A DNA stretch of 28,344 nt from contig CAZBPC010000039.1 in NCBI GenBank assembly GCA_964493715.1, positions 1 to 28,344 on the forward strand, given 5' to 3'. The notes below the pieces were generated by a model, which was not told the DNA's origin, searched no databases, and was given only the letters and a program-made list of their open reading frames with translations. Positions 25,926 to 28,344 of the stretch are shown in pieces (positions within the stretch are counted from its first letter, which is position 1; each line of letters opens with the position of its first letter). Made by a program: the position numbers and the translations under genes. Source of the stretch: an uncultured archaeon (lineage in GTDB: Archaea > Asgardarchaeota > Lokiarchaeia > Sigyniarchaeales > SOKP01).

Positions 25926-26177
25926 TCAATCTTCAATTTGTACTCGATCTACACTGTGTAAGGCACAATTCATATCTTCTAATTTGTCTCTAATTGTATC
26001 CAAACCTACTTTTTCAGAGCATTTAATATTCAAGAAGATTGAAGTAGTTTTTTGATCGATTTCATCAGTTTTAATCTGAACAAAAGATACTCCGGGTATT
26101 TCTTTCAATGCTAATGCTAGATCCCAGTTTGAAGGATTATGTGGTTTTAAAATGTCGAGGTCGAACTCTACCTGCAT
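25926..26177 (-). CDS. DUF211 family protein
   Basis: LDILKPHNP N-terminal motif and ALHSVD C-terminal motif. Confidence 0.78.
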   Translation of the reverse strand: MQVEFDLDILKPHNPSNWDLALALKEIPGVSFVQIKTDEIDQKTTSIFLNIKCSEKVGLDTIRDKLEDMNCALHSVDRVQIED

Positions 26178-26274
26178 TATTTAAATTTAAACCTATTTTA
26201 TATTAAATTTGTGATTTTTAACTAAAACCTATGTCAATAATAGTCTGAATATTATTTATAATTTCTCCTAATTT

Positions 26275-26961
26275 TTAGATTAGATTTTTAATAGCATTTA
26301 TTAATTGGAGCGGAATTTCTTCTTGTTTAATTATTTTTTCGGCTTTTTGAAACAATTCTCTATTTAAATAAGTAGGAATTCTTGTTTCTAAAGCTATTGA
26401 ATGAGCCCCTACATTAAGGGCAGCTTCTATATCTTTACTTGTATCCCCAATTACTAGAATTTCATTGCAATCAATATTAAGTAGTTTACAAATATAATTT
26501 AGATGATCTGGGTGAGGTTTGAGATTGGTTATATCATCACGTCCTGCAATCACATCAAAGTAATCAATAATTGCTACTGTTTCAAGAGAAATTACTGCAT
26601 TATTATGTGTATTGTAAGTGAATATTGCTTGTTTGAGATTTTTTTCTTTAGCAAAATCTAATACTTTTTCGATTCCTTCTATCAATGATGCATGTATCGC
26701 CGCTTCATATTCAACTTCTATAACAACTTTATTAACTAATTTTAAAATTTTTTCAATTTTATTTTCAGGAATCCCGTATTCATCATAAAGAATTTTCGAT
26801 ATTCTAATAATATCTAATATGGGTAAAGTAATTGATAATTCCTTTTTAGGTATTCCGTAATCAGTTAAAATTTTAATGGCCTTTCTTCGAGCTTTTATAG
26901 AGTTAATTTTAAAGTGGATCAATGTGCCATCTAAATCCCAAACTAGAGCTTTTATTGACAT
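26275..26961 (-). CDS. HAD-superfamily hydrolase (phosphoglycolate phosphatase-like)
   Basis: WDLDGTL, KPHPD and IGDTSKDIEAA. Confidence 0.9.
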   Translation of the reverse strand: MSIKALVWDLDGTLIHFKINSIKARRKAIKILTDYGIPKKELSITLPILDIIRISKILYDEYGIPENKIEKILKLVNKVVIEVEYEAAIHASLIEGIEKVLDFAKEKNLKQAIFTYNTHNNAVISLETVAIIDYFDVIAGRDDITNLKPHPDHLNYICKLLNIDCNEILVIGDTSKDIEAALNVGAHSIALETRIPTYLNRELFQKAEKIIKQEEIPLQLINAIKNLI

Positions 26962-26970
26962 AGGTACTAT

Positions 26971-27543
26971 CTAATACTCTAAATCTGAATAAATTGGTCC
27001 TTTTGATGTAAGAATTGATTTTTTCAGTATTACCCGATCCACTGTAAAGGGTCCAAAATTGCTAGTTTTATTCTCATTAATGATATTCTTTAGAGAATTT
27101 AGGTTTTTAAAATCTATCTTTTCTTTTCTCAATCTTCCAATAGTTAAATGGGGTTCAAATTTAGTTCTTTTATCTTTTGGAACTTGAAAATGTGTGTACA
27201 ACCCTTCTTCTATTTTTTCCTTGATGTCTTGAATAAATTGAATATCCCCTTCCATCTTGATCCATAACACGGTAAATTTATTAAATTGACCAACACCTTT
27301 TAGAGAATAATCTAATTTGTGGTCTTTAAACATCCTTAAATTGATTTCATCGTTTAGAAAAGTATATATTTGAGAAGCTAGCTCTTCCGTGACATTTCCA
27401 AGAAATTTGATTGTCAAATGAAGGTTTTCTGGTTTTACTAACTTAATTCTTGGTTGATTTTGCTGTAACCGCGCGGAAAATGATTTGATTTTTTCAATAG
27501 TAATTCTATTATTTAACTCAATTGCTATAAATGATCTAATCAT
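26971..27543 (-). CDS. thpR: RNA 2',3'-cyclic phosphodiesterase (2H phosphoesterase, LigT-like)
   Basis: RSFIAIEL, two HxT motifs (NLHLTIKFLG, PHLTIGR) and SILTSKGPIY. Confidence 0.92.
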   Translation of the reverse strand: MIRSFIAIELNNRITIEKIKSFSARLQQNQPRIKLVKPENLHLTIKFLGNVTEELASQIYTFLNDEINLRMFKDHKLDYSLKGVGQFNKFTVLWIKMEGDIQFIQDIKEKIEEGLYTHFQVPKDKRTKFEPHLTIGRLRKEKIDFKNLNSLKNIINENKTSNFGPFTVDRVILKKSILTSKGPIYSDLEY

Positions 27544-27573
27544 GATAGGTTCTAAAAAATTGTTTGAAATATC

Positions 27574-28344
27574 TTACCTTTTAATTTTTCCCGGTAGATA
27601 GAAATCGTATTTTTTCTTGAAGAGTTTAGTTTTAAGGTACCTGTCAATTTTCCTAGCATTTTGGAAAATAACCCAAATCATCTTATCGTTTTTATAATAT
27701 TTTTGGACTTCTTCAAACGTAATAGGGTTCATATTGAACTCACTTGCTTCTCCCTTAAAAAATTTGTTTACTTGGTTAATTATCCCTGGAATAAGCTCGG
27801 GTCTTTGTTCTTTAAAGAAGTTAGCGATTAAATCAATAGTTACCAGCCGCCAATCATAATAGCGATCAACAACCTCTTCCAGAAAGGCCGCTTTTACGAG
27901 AAATCTCAAAAAGGACGGAGTGCTTTTTAAAAATAATTTTGCGTCCATCGCTTCTATACCATTTTTTCTGAACATTGGTGTAGAAGTATCGAAGTAAATT
28001 AATTTTGTATTCTCTTCGATTTTTGGGTTATTTGGATTGTATCCAATAACAGCAAAGTTGGAAATTTGGCCATCTAATCCTAAATCTATCGTTTCGTGAT
28101 TTTTATTATAAAGCCATACTTTTTTCATCTCTCTCATCGCCAGTACAATCAGAGTGTTGATGTCTTTAGCATTTAATTCATGAATTATTCGATTTCCTAC
28201 CGATTCTGAAGAGATTTTTTCTTGAACGCAATAAAATTTTATCTTATCTTCTTCGTCCTTAAACCAGGCTACGTCGTACTCAGGAAGAGTTAATCCCACT
28301 TCATTAATTAAAATTCTGTTATATTCATTATAAGCCCAGATATG
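27574..28344 (-). CDS. Hypothetical protein (DUF6206-like), 5' end beyond window
   Basis: The frame stays open from the track's GTG (28299) to the window edge (HIWAYNEYNRILINEV). Motifs GLDGQISNF and YFDTSTP. Confidence 0.65.
   Translation of the reverse strand, partial: HIWAYNEYNRILINEVGLTLPEYDVAWFKDEEDKIKFYCVQEKISSESVGNRIIHELNAKDINTLIVLAMREMKKVWLYNKNHETIDLGLDGQISNFAVIGYNPNNPKIEENTKLIYFDTSTPMFRKNGIEAMDAKLFLKSTPSFLRFLVKAAFLEEVVDRYYDWRLVTIDLIANFFKEQRPELIPGIINQVNKFFKGEASEFNMNPITFEEVQKYYKNDKMIWVIFQNARKIDRYLKTKLFKKKYDFYLPGKIKR

Noticed and set aside
26971-27543. thpR as a dedicated partner of the nadE intron
   Set aside because: It acts on 2',3'-cyclic phosphates but is about 18 kb away and widespread in archaea; there is no evidence of linkage.

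Overview
AT-rich archaeal chromosomal segment, most consistent with a Lokiarchaeia-type Asgard archaeon. This placement is inferred from a Rab-like GTPase, a tailed histone, UGA-interrupted HdrA/MvhD, archaeal ribosomal proteins and AGGTGA ribosome-binding sites. Gene content is mostly housekeeping: SDR epimerase, RHH regulator, CaCA and ZIP transporters, amidohydrolase, an orphan N6-adenine methyltransferase, nadE, rps11/rps4/rps13, a VapBC-like pair, hdrA-mvhD-frhB-like operon, serS, cofC, TrmB, histone, HIT, HAD and thpR. The ORF track misses three layers of non-standard gene expression. (1) nadE is split by a 30-nt intron with a canonical bulge-helix-bulge fold (8748-8777); cutting at the standard sites restores the conserved KYGDGGVD motif. 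(2) Four genes (RHH regulator, rps11, antitoxin, Rab-like GTPase) appear to start at ATT, placed at normal Shine-Dalgarno spacing; three of them have no possible ATG/GTG/TTG start. (3) Three in-frame UGA codons sit at conserved Cys positions in hdrA (two) and mvhD (one), with one SECIS-like hairpin after mvhD. No rRNA, tRNA, CRISPR array or transposase was recognised. All family calls are from motif recognition, not database searches.
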